64,000 nucleotides of DNA, taken from the NCBI GenBank assembly GCA_036229005.1, contig JAZAMN010000003.1:32001-96000 (forward strand). Reading direction: 5' to 3'. Position 1 is the stretch's first letter, and each line of letters opens with the position of its first letter. This document shows, piece after piece, positions 31,197-39,779 of the stretch. This stretch comes from Myxococcota bacterium. GTDB taxonomy: Bacteria > Myxococcota_A > UBA796 > CAJQPC01. The translations under genes and the position numbers were made by a program. The notes below the pieces were generated by a model that did no database searches, was not told the DNA's origin, and was given only the letters and a program-made list of their open reading frames with translations.

Positions 31197-33884
31197 TCAG
31201 TGGGCCTCCAGCCACTCAGCAATGGTGGAGCCCATCCAGCCCCCGCTGCCATCGGCCGCTGCCTCCATTCCGGGGCGCAGGCCGGGCCAGTCGGGGGGAT
31301 CCCGCAGGATGGGGTCCCAGTGCTCGCGGCTGTTGTGCTGCAGGATGCCGGAGAGCAGCTTGACGGTGCTGGGGGCCTCGGGGAGGCTCATCAGGGCCTG
31401 CACGCAGTACCGGTGCAGGTAGCCGGGGCGTCCGCGGACCTTGGGCTCCATGCACAGCAGCGCGACGGCGGCCTCCAGGGCTTCGCGGGCCTCGGGGACC
31501 TCGACGAGCAGCATGGCGCAGGCCTCGCGGCCGTGGATCTTGGGGTCGGCCACGGCGTCGATGCGCTCCTGCTGGGACATGGCCTCGGCCTCCAGGCGGT
31601 CGACCCAGCGGGGGGGCTGAACGCCGGCGGCCTCCGCGAGCGCGGCGTCCAGCGTGGGGCAGCGTCCGAAGGCGGCTTCGAGGGCGTCGGGGGAGGGCTG
31701 GAGCGCAAAGAGCTTCATCGCGCGCAGGGCCATGCGGCGGGCGTCCAGATCGGAGCTGTCGTCGTAGCCATAGTGCCTCAGGCAGGCGTCCAGCTCCGGG
31801 GTGGGCTCGCGGCCCTCCAGCAGGGCCAGGCCCAGCTTTGACTGGGGGTAGCGGCTGGCGTAGGGGACGACCCGGCCCAGCTCGGCGCGGTGTGGGGAGC
31901 GCGCGAGGGCCATAAGAGCCATGCCGTTCTCGTTGCCGTCGTTGCGTCCCGCGCTGATCTTGAGGGCCTCACAGACCTCCAGATCCAGGGCCTCCGGGGC
32001 ATAGCTGGCGAGCGCCAGGGCGGCCTCACAGCGCACCTCTCCCAGGCGCAGGCCGCTGACCTTTGCGTAGCGGAGGAGCTGGGTGCGGTCGTCGACCCGG
32101 AGCGCGCCCAGGGCCCGCATCGCCGCGCTCAAGAAAGCCTTGTAGTTCAGGGTGGTGTCGAAGCCGTCGTCTGCGGGGAGCTGGGCGACCAGGGCATTCA
32201 GGGCCGGCCCCGCGGCCTCCACCGAGAGCGCGCCGGCGAGCGTGGGCAGCACCTGGACCTGCCAGGTGTTCAGGGACTCCCTGGGGTCCAGCGGCTCGAT
32301 GCCCGCGACGATGGCCGCGTGTCCGGCCGGGTGGAGCTCCACCGCGCTCAGGGCCAGGATGTCTCGCGCCTTGCGTCCGTCCAGGCCACGCTGTCCCTCG
32401 GGCATGGACGAGCCGTGCAGCGCGATCCCGAGCAGCAGGAGCTGTGTGGCGGTGTTCAACGAGAGCGCCGAGCGCCGGACCATGTCCTCCTCCTCCCGGG
32501 AGTACTGCTCACACTCCCCCTCAATGAGCAGGGAGAGGGACTGCCGCAGCGTTCGGTGTTCGGGGGCACACCACAGCGCCTGCAGGGCCACCTGGTTCAA
32601 CTTGGGGTCCTCAAAGCAAGCGAGGACACGCTGGAGCCTCCCGGTCTCATCCAGCTCGGGCAGCTCGGCGACCAGCTTCTTCCGCTCCAGGCGCTCTCGA
32701 AGCGCCCTGGCCTTGGCCTCGGCCTCTCGCTGCTCGGCCCGCGCGGGGTCCAGATCCAGGGCCCGGAAGCGCGCCAGGGAGGCCGGCCAGTCGTGGTGCT
32801 TGCCCAGGCTCTGGCGGCCCGCCTGCAGCTCGCGGATCAGCTTGATGGCGTCCTGGACGATGCGGCCCGGGTGCTCGGCGGCGGCCTCCATGAAGGGCTC
32901 CAGGTGGGGCTCGTCAAAGAGGTAGGCGCGCCAGATGCTGTAGAGCGCGGTCGGTGTCGCCTTGGTGATCATGTCCAGGCGACCCTGCAGAGCGTCGTCG
33001 GGGACCACCTCGTTGAGGTTCTCGTAGAACACGTCCCCGGCCTCTTCGATGCTCCAGTTGGAGGGGTGGCTGAGCAGGGTGAAGATCCAGCGCGCCCGGT
33101 AGCCAAAGTAGAGCGCCGCGGACTGCCCCGGCTCGGCCTTGAAGGGCTCGAAGTCCTCGTCGTAGTCGTCGATCGAGAAGTGCCAGCTCGGGGCCACCTT
33201 GCCGTGCAGGGCCTCGAACGCGGCGGCCTGGACCTCCTCGGAGAGCTGCTCTTCGCCGGCGGCCTTGCACAGGGCGTTCAGGAACACGCTGTGCTGCAGG
33301 TCCGGGCTGAACACGCCGGCAAAGAAGCCGCGGTTGTGGTCCCAGCGCAGGACCTGGGGCTGGGGGTCCCCCGGGTAGGTGTCCAGGTGGAAGCTGTCGC
33401 CGTCGCCCAGGTCACCCAGGGGCAGGGTGCCCGCGAACACCCCGGCCAGGCCGTTGCCCAGGTAGTTGAGCTGGTCGGCCAGCAGGAGCTGCTCAAAGAG
33501 GTTGATGCCTTCGGGCGGCAGGCGCACCTGGCGGGAGACCAGGCGGAGCTCATCGAAGGTGGAGTAGGGGTTGACCTGGCCCTGGACCGCGCGCTCGAAG
33601 TCGACAAAGCGCTGCGGCGCGGGGATGCCCAGCGTCGGCTCGATGTCGCGGCTGTCACCGGTCCACAGGCCGTGGCTGGCTGCCATGGCCTCGCGCTGCC
33701 ACTGGGGGCCTTCGTGGTGGGCGAAGTCCTCGGCCGAGGCGGTGGGGTAGGGGCCTTGGGGCGGGAGCTGTCCCTCCTCCTCCGGGAGCCCGTTCTGGGC
33801 ACAGACGAAGCGCCGCAGCCGGGAGAGAGGACCGTCCAGGAAGCCCTCGGGGCCGTCCTGGAAGAGGGGGTCGAGCTCAGACAT
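31197..33884 (-). CDS. Large protein with N-terminal SMI1/KNR4 (SUKH)-like domain and helical (HEAT-like) repeats
   Basis: IEPTLGIPAPQRFVDF and LPLGDLGDGDSFHLD...VLRWDH match the SUKH pattern; later AMRALGAL and EAALALA helical motifs; GGAGG RBS. Confidence 0.65.
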   Translation of the reverse strand: MSELDPLFQDGPEGFLDGPLSRLRRFVCAQNGLPEEEGQLPPQGPYPTASAEDFAHHEGPQWQREAMAASHGLWTGDSRDIEPTLGIPAPQRFVDFERAVQGQVNPYSTFDELRLVSRQVRLPPEGINLFEQLLLADQLNYLGNGLAGVFAGTLPLGDLGDGDSFHLDTYPGDPQPQVLRWDHNRGFFAGVFSPDLQHSVFLNALCKAAGEEQLSEEVQAAAFEALHGKVAPSWHFSIDDYDEDFEPFKAEPGQSAALYFGYRARWIFTLLSHPSNWSIEEAGDVFYENLNEVVPDDALQGRLDMITKATPTALYSIWRAYLFDEPHLEPFMEAAAEHPGRIVQDAIKLIRELQAGRQSLGKHHDWPASLARFRALDLDPARAEQREAEAKARALRERLERKKLVAELPELDETGRLQRVLACFEDPKLNQVALQALWCAPEHRTLRQSLSLLIEGECEQYSREEEDMVRRSALSLNTATQLLLLGIALHGSSMPEGQRGLDGRKARDILALSAVELHPAGHAAIVAGIEPLDPRESLNTWQVQVLPTLAGALSVEAAGPALNALVAQLPADDGFDTTLNYKAFLSAAMRALGALRVDDRTQLLRYAKVSGLRLGEVRCEAALALASYAPEALDLEVCEALKISAGRNDGNENGMALMALARSPHRAELGRVVPYASRYPQSKLGLALLEGREPTPELDACLRHYGYDDSSDLDARRMALRAMKLFALQPSPDALEAAFGRCPTLDAALAEAAGVQPPRWVDRLEAEAMSQQERIDAVADPKIHGREACAMLLVEVPEAREALEAAVALLCMEPKVRGRPGYLHRYCVQALMSLPEAPSTVKLLSGILQHNSREHWDPILRDPPDWPGLRPGMEAAADGSGGWMGSTIAEWLEAH

Positions 33885-33971
33885 TGGGTGCCTCCGGGGT
33901 CATGCCCAGAGACTACCGGGGCGTCGGCGCTCGCCTCCAGACAGACGCGCTGAGACGCGCTGAGATGCCGC

Positions 33972-35384
33972 TCAGGGGGTGGGCTGCTCGGCCTCGGGGA
34001 CCTGCTCCCCCTTGATCCCCAGGCGGCTGGCCTCCTCCCGGAGCTCCTCCTTGATCTTGCGGCGGTGGGCGTTCAGGTCCCGCACGGTGGCGATCTCCCC
34101 GCGCTTGTCGTAGTCGGCCCGCACCACCGCCATGCGCTCGTTCACCGCCGCCCGCGCGGCCTCGTTGTAGTCGCGCTGCTGCTCCGCCCACTCCATGAAG
34201 CTCAGTCGCTGCTCGCGCTTGGCCGCCAGGAAGGAGTCCAGCTTCTCGCCGGGGGTCATGGGCGCGATGGCCTCGACGCTCTCCTTCCAGCCGGTCATCT
34301 CGCCCACCGGGACCTCGGAGTCCACGATGGTGCCCTTGGCGGAGGCGACCTCCAGGACGCCCTGCCCCCAGCGCTGGTCGATGCGGAAGTCCAGGTTGCC
34401 CGAGAGCTTGAGGCGCATCTCGTAGACCTGGTCACCGTCGCGGCGGCGCAGCATGTAGCGGCCGGGGGGCAGGGCCAGCACGATCTGCTCGTCGGGGGAC
34501 TTGTGGAGCTCGGCCACGAGCTGCTTCCCGGGGTCGGTGAGCACCAGGATGTGGCCGCCAAAGCCCGGCTTGAGGGTCACCCGCGCGTCGTCGTGGGTCA
34601 GGCGGGTCAGCGGCAGCTCGCCCTGGCCCTTGAGGTGCGTCTCGTAGACCGGGTGCTGGGTGCCCGCCAGGGTCCCGTCGGTGCTGGTGACCGTGCGCTC
34701 GTAGGCGTAGCTGTAGGCCTCGTTCAGGGAGACCACGCCATCGCCGTTGTCGGCCGCGCCGCGCAGCCCGGTGACCAGGTGGTGGGTGAAGAAGCTGCCC
34801 GCCAGCCGGTCGGACTCCTGGGCCCGCTCGCTCGCGGAGGAGGCGGTGATCCACACCTCGCCGGTCGACGACAGCGAGGTCCCCAGGAAGGGGTCCACGA
34901 CCTGCGCGCCCTTGGAGCTGGTGATGGCGCCCGACTGGCAGGCGTCCAGCACGCCCAGGCGCACCTCGGCGTCGATGCGCGTGATGTCCTCGCGCAGGGT
35001 CTCGAAGCGGTAACGGCTCTCCCCAAGCCGCAGCCCAGCCGCGTCGGCGTGCCCCGAATAGTAGAAGAAGAACAGCTCCTCCTCCTCCTGCCCCGAGGCC
35101 GTCGCGAAGGCCTCCAGCCATTGGGACAGCTCGCCCACGGTGGGGGAGTCCAGGACCACCACGTCCTCCGGGTTGAAGCCGCCCAGGTCGATCAGGGTCT
35201 CGGCGACCCGGTGGGCGTCCTTCTCGGCGTACTGCAGGGTCTCCAGGTCCAGTCCACCGTCGTTGTGGCCCACAACCAGGGCGCGCCGCACGACCTCGGC
35301 CTGGGCGTCGGACGCGGCGAAGGCCGACACCGCCAGGGCGCCGACCAGGGTGGAGCGGGAGAGGGCTCGGAGCGCGCGGGACAT
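33972..35384 (-). CDS. Exported caspase-family (peptidase C14) protease
   Basis: Signal peptide; ALVVGHN; FYYSGHAD (His) and LDACQSG (Cys) dyad; SFFTHHLVTGLRGAAD; QHP. Confidence 0.92.
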   Translation of the reverse strand: MSRALRALSRSTLVGALAVSAFAASDAQAEVVRRALVVGHNDGGLDLETLQYAEKDAHRVAETLIDLGGFNPEDVVVLDSPTVGELSQWLEAFATASGQEEEELFFFYYSGHADAAGLRLGESRYRFETLREDITRIDAEVRLGVLDACQSGAITSSKGAQVVDPFLGTSLSSTGEVWITASSASERAQESDRLAGSFFTHHLVTGLRGAADNGDGVVSLNEAYSYAYERTVTSTDGTLAGTQHPVYETHLKGQGELPLTRLTHDDARVTLKPGFGGHILVLTDPGKQLVAELHKSPDEQIVLALPPGRYMLRRRDGDQVYEMRLKLSGNLDFRIDQRWGQGVLEVASAKGTIVDSEVPVGEMTGWKESVEAIAPMTPGEKLDSFLAAKREQRLSFMEWAEQQRDYNEAARAAVNERMAVVRADYDKRGEIATVRDLNAHRRKIKEELREEASRLGIKGEQVPEAEQPTP

Positions 35385-35387
35385 CAG

Positions 35388-36110
35388 CTACTCCTTCTCA
35401 AAGTGCAGGGTGCGCAGGACCCCACCGTCCGGGACATCGTGCTTCAAGATTGCCTGACGGATCTGGGCCTCGCTGGGCTGCTCGCGGGTGAACAGGGCGT
35501 AGAAACGCTGCTCCCCCGGCGTTCCATCCATCTGCAGGGCAAAGGGGGCCTGCAGGATCTGCAGCTCGGAGTCGGCCTTGATGGTGCCGTAGAGCTCCAC
35601 GACCCCGTGCCCGTCCACTCCGCCAAAGCTCACGTAGGGCCGCTCCATCGTCGAGAACTTGAGCTGCAGCACGTCCCCGGCGTGGAGCACGTCGTCCGTG
35701 TCCAACAGCACCGGGCCCTCGCGGGTGTCCAGCCAGGCCTCCAGCAGGATGTGCTCGCCCTTGGAGCGGGTCTGCGCGTAGGGGTTGTCCGAGGCAGGCT
35801 CCTTCGGGGAGAGGAGCAGCGGGAAGGCCACCAGCACTGCTGCAGCCACCGCCATCAACACCCAGCGCCAGGCACTGTTGTCATTGGCTGGCATCGGCGA
35901 GGTGCGGCTGCCCGGCTCCCGCTCGGCGGCGCGGCGGATCGCCTCTGGGACGGGCTCAAGCACGAAGGCGTTGCGGTTGGCCTCCTGGGCGCCCAGGCGG
36001 CCCGCGCAGCGCTCACAGTCCTGGATGTGGGCCCGGGCCTGGGCCTCCGCGGCGGGGTCCAGCTCGCCGTAGCGGAGCTGGTTCAGCATCAGGGTGGAGA
36101 GGTGGGACAT
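35388..36110 (-). CDS. Zinc-finger transmembrane anti-sigma factor with C-terminal DUF4384-like domain
   Basis: HIQDCERC (HxxxCxxC); TM WVLMAVAAAVLVAFPLLL; TRSKG then AGDVLQL...DGHG. Confidence 0.85.
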   Translation of the reverse strand: MSHLSTLMLNQLRYGELDPAAEAQARAHIQDCERCAGRLGAQEANRNAFVLEPVPEAIRRAAEREPGSRTSPMPANDNSAWRWVLMAVAAAVLVAFPLLLSPKEPASDNPYAQTRSKGEHILLEAWLDTREGPVLLDTDDVLHAGDVLQLKFSTMERPYVSFGGVDGHGVVELYGTIKADSELQILQAPFALQMDGTPGEQRFYALFTREQPSEAQIRQAILKHDVPDGGVLRTLHFEKE

Positions 36111-36120
36111 GGTCTGGTCC

Positions 36121-36687
36121 TCAGAGGGCGTTGAGCTCTTGGAGCCACGGGGGAGGGTTCGTCTCGAGCTGGGCCTTGAACTTGGCCACGCGCTTGCGGA
36201 TGGCGGCGGCGCTCAGGCCCAGCAGATCGCCGATCTCGGCGTAGGTCATGCCGTCGACGTAGTGGTACAGCACGCAGTCCTGGGTGCCCTCGTCCGCCTC
36301 GTCCAGCAGACGGGCCACGAGATCGCGCAGGTCCGCGCCGGTGAGAAAGGTGTCTTCGACCGGGACCACGGCCTCCTCTTCCTGGAGGTCCTCGCGGCGC
36401 CGGCCGCGGGAGCGCAGGCGGTTCAGGCAGGTCGTCGTGGTGACCTTGAACAGCCAGGTGCTGGGCCGGGACTCACCCCGGAAGCTGTCGCGGTAGCGGT
36501 GGGCCTTCAAGAAGACCTCCTGGCAGACATCCTGGGCGTCGGCCTCGTTGCGCAGCAGGCTGCGGCAGCGGCCCAGGACCATGTCGCCATAGGCGCGGTA
36601 GAGAGCCTCGACATCGAGTTCCACGGAGGTGCCCGCCTTGCTTTGAGCGTTGCTCTGGCGCTGGGCCCTAACCCGGGGAGAGGCCAC
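36121..36687 (-). CDS. ECF RNA polymerase sigma-70 factor (start uncertain: 36687, 36624 or 36726)
   Basis: DAQDVCQEVF, STWLFKVTTTTCLN, DGMTYAEIGDLLGLS; GGGGAGG before GTG 36687. Confidence 0.93.
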   Translation of the reverse strand: MASPRVRAQRQSNAQSKAGTSVELDVEALYRAYGDMVLGRCRSLLRNEADAQDVCQEVFLKAHRYRDSFRGESRPSTWLFKVTTTTCLNRLRSRGRRREDLQEEEAVVPVEDTFLTGADLRDLVARLLDEADEGTQDCVLYHYVDGMTYAEIGDLLGLSAAAIRKRVAKFKAQLETNPPPWLQELNAL

Positions 36688-36746
36688 GGCGGCCTCCCCC
36701 TGGGCGGAGGGATGTCCTGGGGACATCGGGATGGCGGCGCTGCGGC

Positions 36747-37235
36747 TCACTCGCACTCGCCGGAGTCGTCGCTGCCCCAGTCCGTGCCGCTGTGGCCGGA
36801 CCCGACGGGGTAGATGGTGAAGGCACCCGGCAGCAGCTCGGCGTCACCGTCGGCGAACTCCAGGATGGCGTCGACCTCACCGAGCTCGGCGTCCTCGTCC
36901 ACCGACAGGATCGTGGTGATCTGGCCGTCCTCGACGACCTGGGCCATCACCTCGACGTCGCCGTAGAACACCATCGTGGCCTCGCTCAGGTCGAGCTCGC
37001 CGCTCTCCAGGCTGAGGATCCCGGCAAAGGTCTCGCCCTGCTCTGCGTGGCCGGGAACGAACTTGAGGACCGCAGGCTCAGCCTCCTCGCCGTCCTCGTC
37101 CACCGCGGTGTCGTCGTCCCACTCGTCCAGCTCGCAGCCCCACTCGTCGTCCGAGCAATCGCCGTCGTAGTAGATGCAGCCAGAGGTGATGGACAGGAAT
37201 CCCAGCAGGGGGAGGGCGCTCAGGTACTTGCTCAT
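36747..37235 (-). CDS. Acidic lipoprotein heading the ECF sigma operon
   Basis: Lipobox TSGC; GAGGAG RBS; acidic N-region followed by beta-rich domain. Confidence 0.8.
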   Translation of the reverse strand: MSKYLSALPLLGFLSITSGCIYYDGDCSDDEWGCELDEWDDDTAVDEDGEEAEPAVLKFVPGHAEQGETFAGILSLESGELDLSEATMVFYGDVEVMAQVVEDGQITTILSVDEDAELGEVDAILEFADGDAELLPGAFTIYPVGSGHSGTDWGSDDSGECE

Positions 37236-37288
37236 GGGGGTGTCTCCTCGAATGTCGACCGCGACGGTTGTTGTCGGTCGGCTCTATG

Positions 37289-37315
37289 GACACCGCCTCT
37301 GGCTCTGGGCGTTAC
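37289..37315 (-). promoter_or_regulatory. Candidate ECF promoter GTAAC-N17-GTGTC for the sigma/anti-sigma/caspase operon
   Basis: Minus strand CGGTAAC gcccagagccagaggcg GTGTCC, about 55 nt upstream of the lipoprotein ATG; AAC -35 core typical of ECF promoters. Confidence 0.4.
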
Positions 37316-37362
37316 CGCTGGATCGGAATAAGGGATCAGCGCTTGTAACAAAGAAGAAACGA

Positions 37363-38178
37363 ATGCCTGAAAAAGCTTATAAGAACCTGGATTTTCTCAA
37401 CTCGCCCGCCGCTCGACTCATCCGGATCCAGTGTGAGTACAGCGAGCCGCAGGCCCGCTTCCGCCGCATGGGCGTCGAAGACACCATCGTGATGTACGGC
37501 TCGGCACGCACGCTGCCGGGCAACGTGGCTCAGCTTCGCCTGCAACACGCCAAGGAGGCCCTGGCCAAGGCCAAGGGCAAGGAGGAGAAGGCCAAGCTCG
37601 AGGCCGAGCTCAAGGTGGCCGAGGGCAAGCTCGCCAACTCCCGCTACTACGACGAGACCCGCGAGCTGGCCCGCCGCCTGACCCGCTGGGGCATGACCCG
37701 CCCCGGTGGCCGCGAGTACCTGATCTGCACGGGCGGTGGCCCCGGCATCATGGAGGCCGGAAACCGCGGCGCCGCCGATGTCGAGGGGGGCCGCAGCGTC
37801 GGCCTGGGCATCAGCCTGCCCTTCGAGGAGCGCCTGAACCAGTACGTCTCCAAGGACCTGGGCTTCGTGTTCCACTACTTCTTCATGCGGAAGTACTGGT
37901 TCATGTACCTGGCCAAGGCCATGGTGGTGCTGCCCGGCGGCTTCGGCACGCTGGACGAGCTCTTCGAGCTGCTGACCCTGCGCCAGACCGGAAAGGTCCG
38001 CAAGCAGCTCCCGATCGTGCTCTTCGGCAAGGCCTACTGGGAGAAGGTGCTCAACCTGCAGGCCATGGTGGACTACGGCACCATCGCGCCGGATGACCTG
38101 GACATGTTCTTCACCACGGACTCCGTGGACGAAGCCTACGAGTTCCTGACCGTCCAGCTCCGCAAGGTCTGGGGTTAG
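37363..38178 (+). CDS. LOG-family nucleotide phosphoribohydrolase (TIGR00730-like)
   Basis: YGSAR, TGGGPGIMEAGNRGA, FHYFFMRK, PGGFGTLDE. Confidence 0.93.
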   Translation: MPEKAYKNLDFLNSPAARLIRIQCEYSEPQARFRRMGVEDTIVMYGSARTLPGNVAQLRLQHAKEALAKAKGKEEKAKLEAELKVAEGKLANSRYYDETRELARRLTRWGMTRPGGREYLICTGGGPGIMEAGNRGAADVEGGRSVGLGISLPFEERLNQYVSKDLGFVFHYFFMRKYWFMYLAKAMVVLPGGFGTLDELFELLTLRQTGKVRKQLPIVLFGKAYWEKVLNLQAMVDYGTIAPDDLDMFFTTDSVDEAYEFLTVQLRKVWG

Positions 38179-38187
38179 TCCAGCTCG

Positions 38188-39243
38188 ATGCAGACCACCC
38201 ACCGCTTGCTCCTTGGCGATGCCCGCGAGCTGGCGGGGGTGGATCCGGGGTCGGTGCAGCTCGTCCTGACCTCGCCGCCCTACCCGATGGTGCAGATGTG
38301 GGATCCGGCCTTCGGGGCCATGGATCCCCGCATCCAGCAGCACCTCGCCGATGCCGACGGGCTCGCTGCCTTTGAGGCCATGCACGCCCAGCTCGATGCG
38401 GTGTGGGCGCGCTGTGTGGACGCCCTGATCCCCGGCGGCTTCTGCTGCATCAACATCGGGGACGCCACCCGGTCGCTGGGGGGGCAGTTCCGCCTCTTCC
38501 ACAACCACGCCCGCATCGTGCAGAGCATGGTGGCGCTGGGCATGAGCGTGCTGCCGGACATCCTCTGGCGAAAGCCCACGAACGCCCCCAGCAAGTTCAT
38601 GGGCTCGGGGATGCTGCCGGCGGGGGCCTACGTCACCTATGAGCACGAATACGTGCTGATCTTCCGCAAGGGCGGCAAGCGCGCGTTCAGCAGCCAGGAG
38701 CAGCGGGCCAGGCGCAGCCGCAGCGCCTACTTCTGGGAGGAGCGCAACCTGTGGTTCTCGGACCTCTGGGAGCTCCATGGCGCGCGTCAGAAGCGGACCA
38801 GCGGGGGCCGGGACCGCAGCGCGGCCTTCCCCTTGGAGCTGCCCTACCGGCTCATCCAGATGTACTCCGTGCAGGGGGACTGCGTGTTGGACCCCTTCGT
38901 GGGGACCGGGACCACCCTCCAGGCCGCGCTGGCGAGCGGACGCAGCAGCGTTGGGGTGGAGATCGACCCCGAGCTGGCCCAGGGCGTGCTCCCCGGGCTG
39001 GAGGCTTCGCAGGGGCTGGGGGAGGCTCTGGGTGCTCGGCGCTTGAGGGCCCACCAGGACTTCGTGCGGGGCCGCCTGGAGGCTGGAAAGGACTTCAAGC
39101 ACGCAAGCGAGGTCTACGCTTTCCCTGTGGTGACCCGGCAGGAGCGCACGCTGGAGCTGCTGGCCTGCGTCGGGGTCGAGCGGGCAGGGGACAGTCTCCG
39201 GGCGGAGCACGCCCGCTGCACCCTGGAGCCCAGCGTGGGATAG
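38188..39243 (+). CDS. Orphan beta-class DNA amino-methyltransferase (probably m4C; resembles CTAG-specific M.MthZI/Zim type)
   Basis: TSPPY catalytic motif precedes LDPFVGTGTT SAM motif; CINIGDATR, KFMGSGMLP and SAYFWEERN blocks. Confidence 0.9.
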   Translation: MQTTHRLLLGDARELAGVDPGSVQLVLTSPPYPMVQMWDPAFGAMDPRIQQHLADADGLAAFEAMHAQLDAVWARCVDALIPGGFCCINIGDATRSLGGQFRLFHNHARIVQSMVALGMSVLPDILWRKPTNAPSKFMGSGMLPAGAYVTYEHEYVLIFRKGGKRAFSSQEQRARRSRSAYFWEERNLWFSDLWELHGARQKRTSGGRDRSAAFPLELPYRLIQMYSVQGDCVLDPFVGTGTTLQAALASGRSSVGVEIDPELAQGVLPGLEASQGLGEALGARRLRAHQDFVRGRLEAGKDFKHASEVYAFPVVTRQERTLELLACVGVERAGDSLRAEHARCTLEPSVG

Positions 39244-39265
39244 TGGGGCCCCCCTGGAGGTCCCC

Positions 39266-39724
39266 ATGTCCCGCTTTGGAATCCGCAAGCGCCTCAAGTC
39301 CGCCCTGGGGATGGGCAAGGGTCCGCAGATCGTGCGCCACCGGGTGACCTTTGTGCTCCCCGACGGCAGCGAGCAGGTGATCGAGGCAGAAGAGCACTAC
39401 TCGCTGCTCATGGCGGCCGACGCTGCGGGGATCACCATCTCCACCGGGCGCCGCGCGGGCGGCACCTGTCCGGACGGCCTCTGCGGCCTCTGCCGGGTCG
39501 AGGTGCTGGACAGCGCGGGCCTCTCCGCCAAGAAGGACGCCGAGCAGAAGGCGATCGACGATCACGTCGCCGGCACCCCCCACGAGGGCCGGGAGCGAAA
39601 GCCGGGGCCCCCCGCGACCCCCAACAGCCGGCTGGGCTGCCACGCCAAGATCCGCGGGCCCGGAGCCCGGATCCAGGTCCAGGCGCTCTTCGATCCGGAC
39701 AGCATCATGGGAACGGACGAATAG
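39266..39724 (+). CDS. 2Fe-2S ferredoxin with basic N-terminal extension
   Basis: CPDGLCGLC (Cx4Cx2C) and RLGC; VTFVLPDG start of fold; GGAGG RBS. Confidence 0.88.
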   Translation: MSRFGIRKRLKSALGMGKGPQIVRHRVTFVLPDGSEQVIEAEEHYSLLMAADAAGITISTGRRAGGTCPDGLCGLCRVEVLDSAGLSAKKDAEQKAIDDHVAGTPHEGRERKPGPPATPNSRLGCHAKIRGPGARIQVQALFDPDSIMGTDE

Positions 39725-39779
39725 CGCTGGATCGCGTGCGGGGCTTGCCGGGCGAGACCCGTCCGGCTTAGTCCACCCA

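Noticed and set aside
37363..39243. Restriction-modification or defence island around the MTase
   Set aside because: No endonuclease, specificity subunit, mobility gene or visible compositional shift
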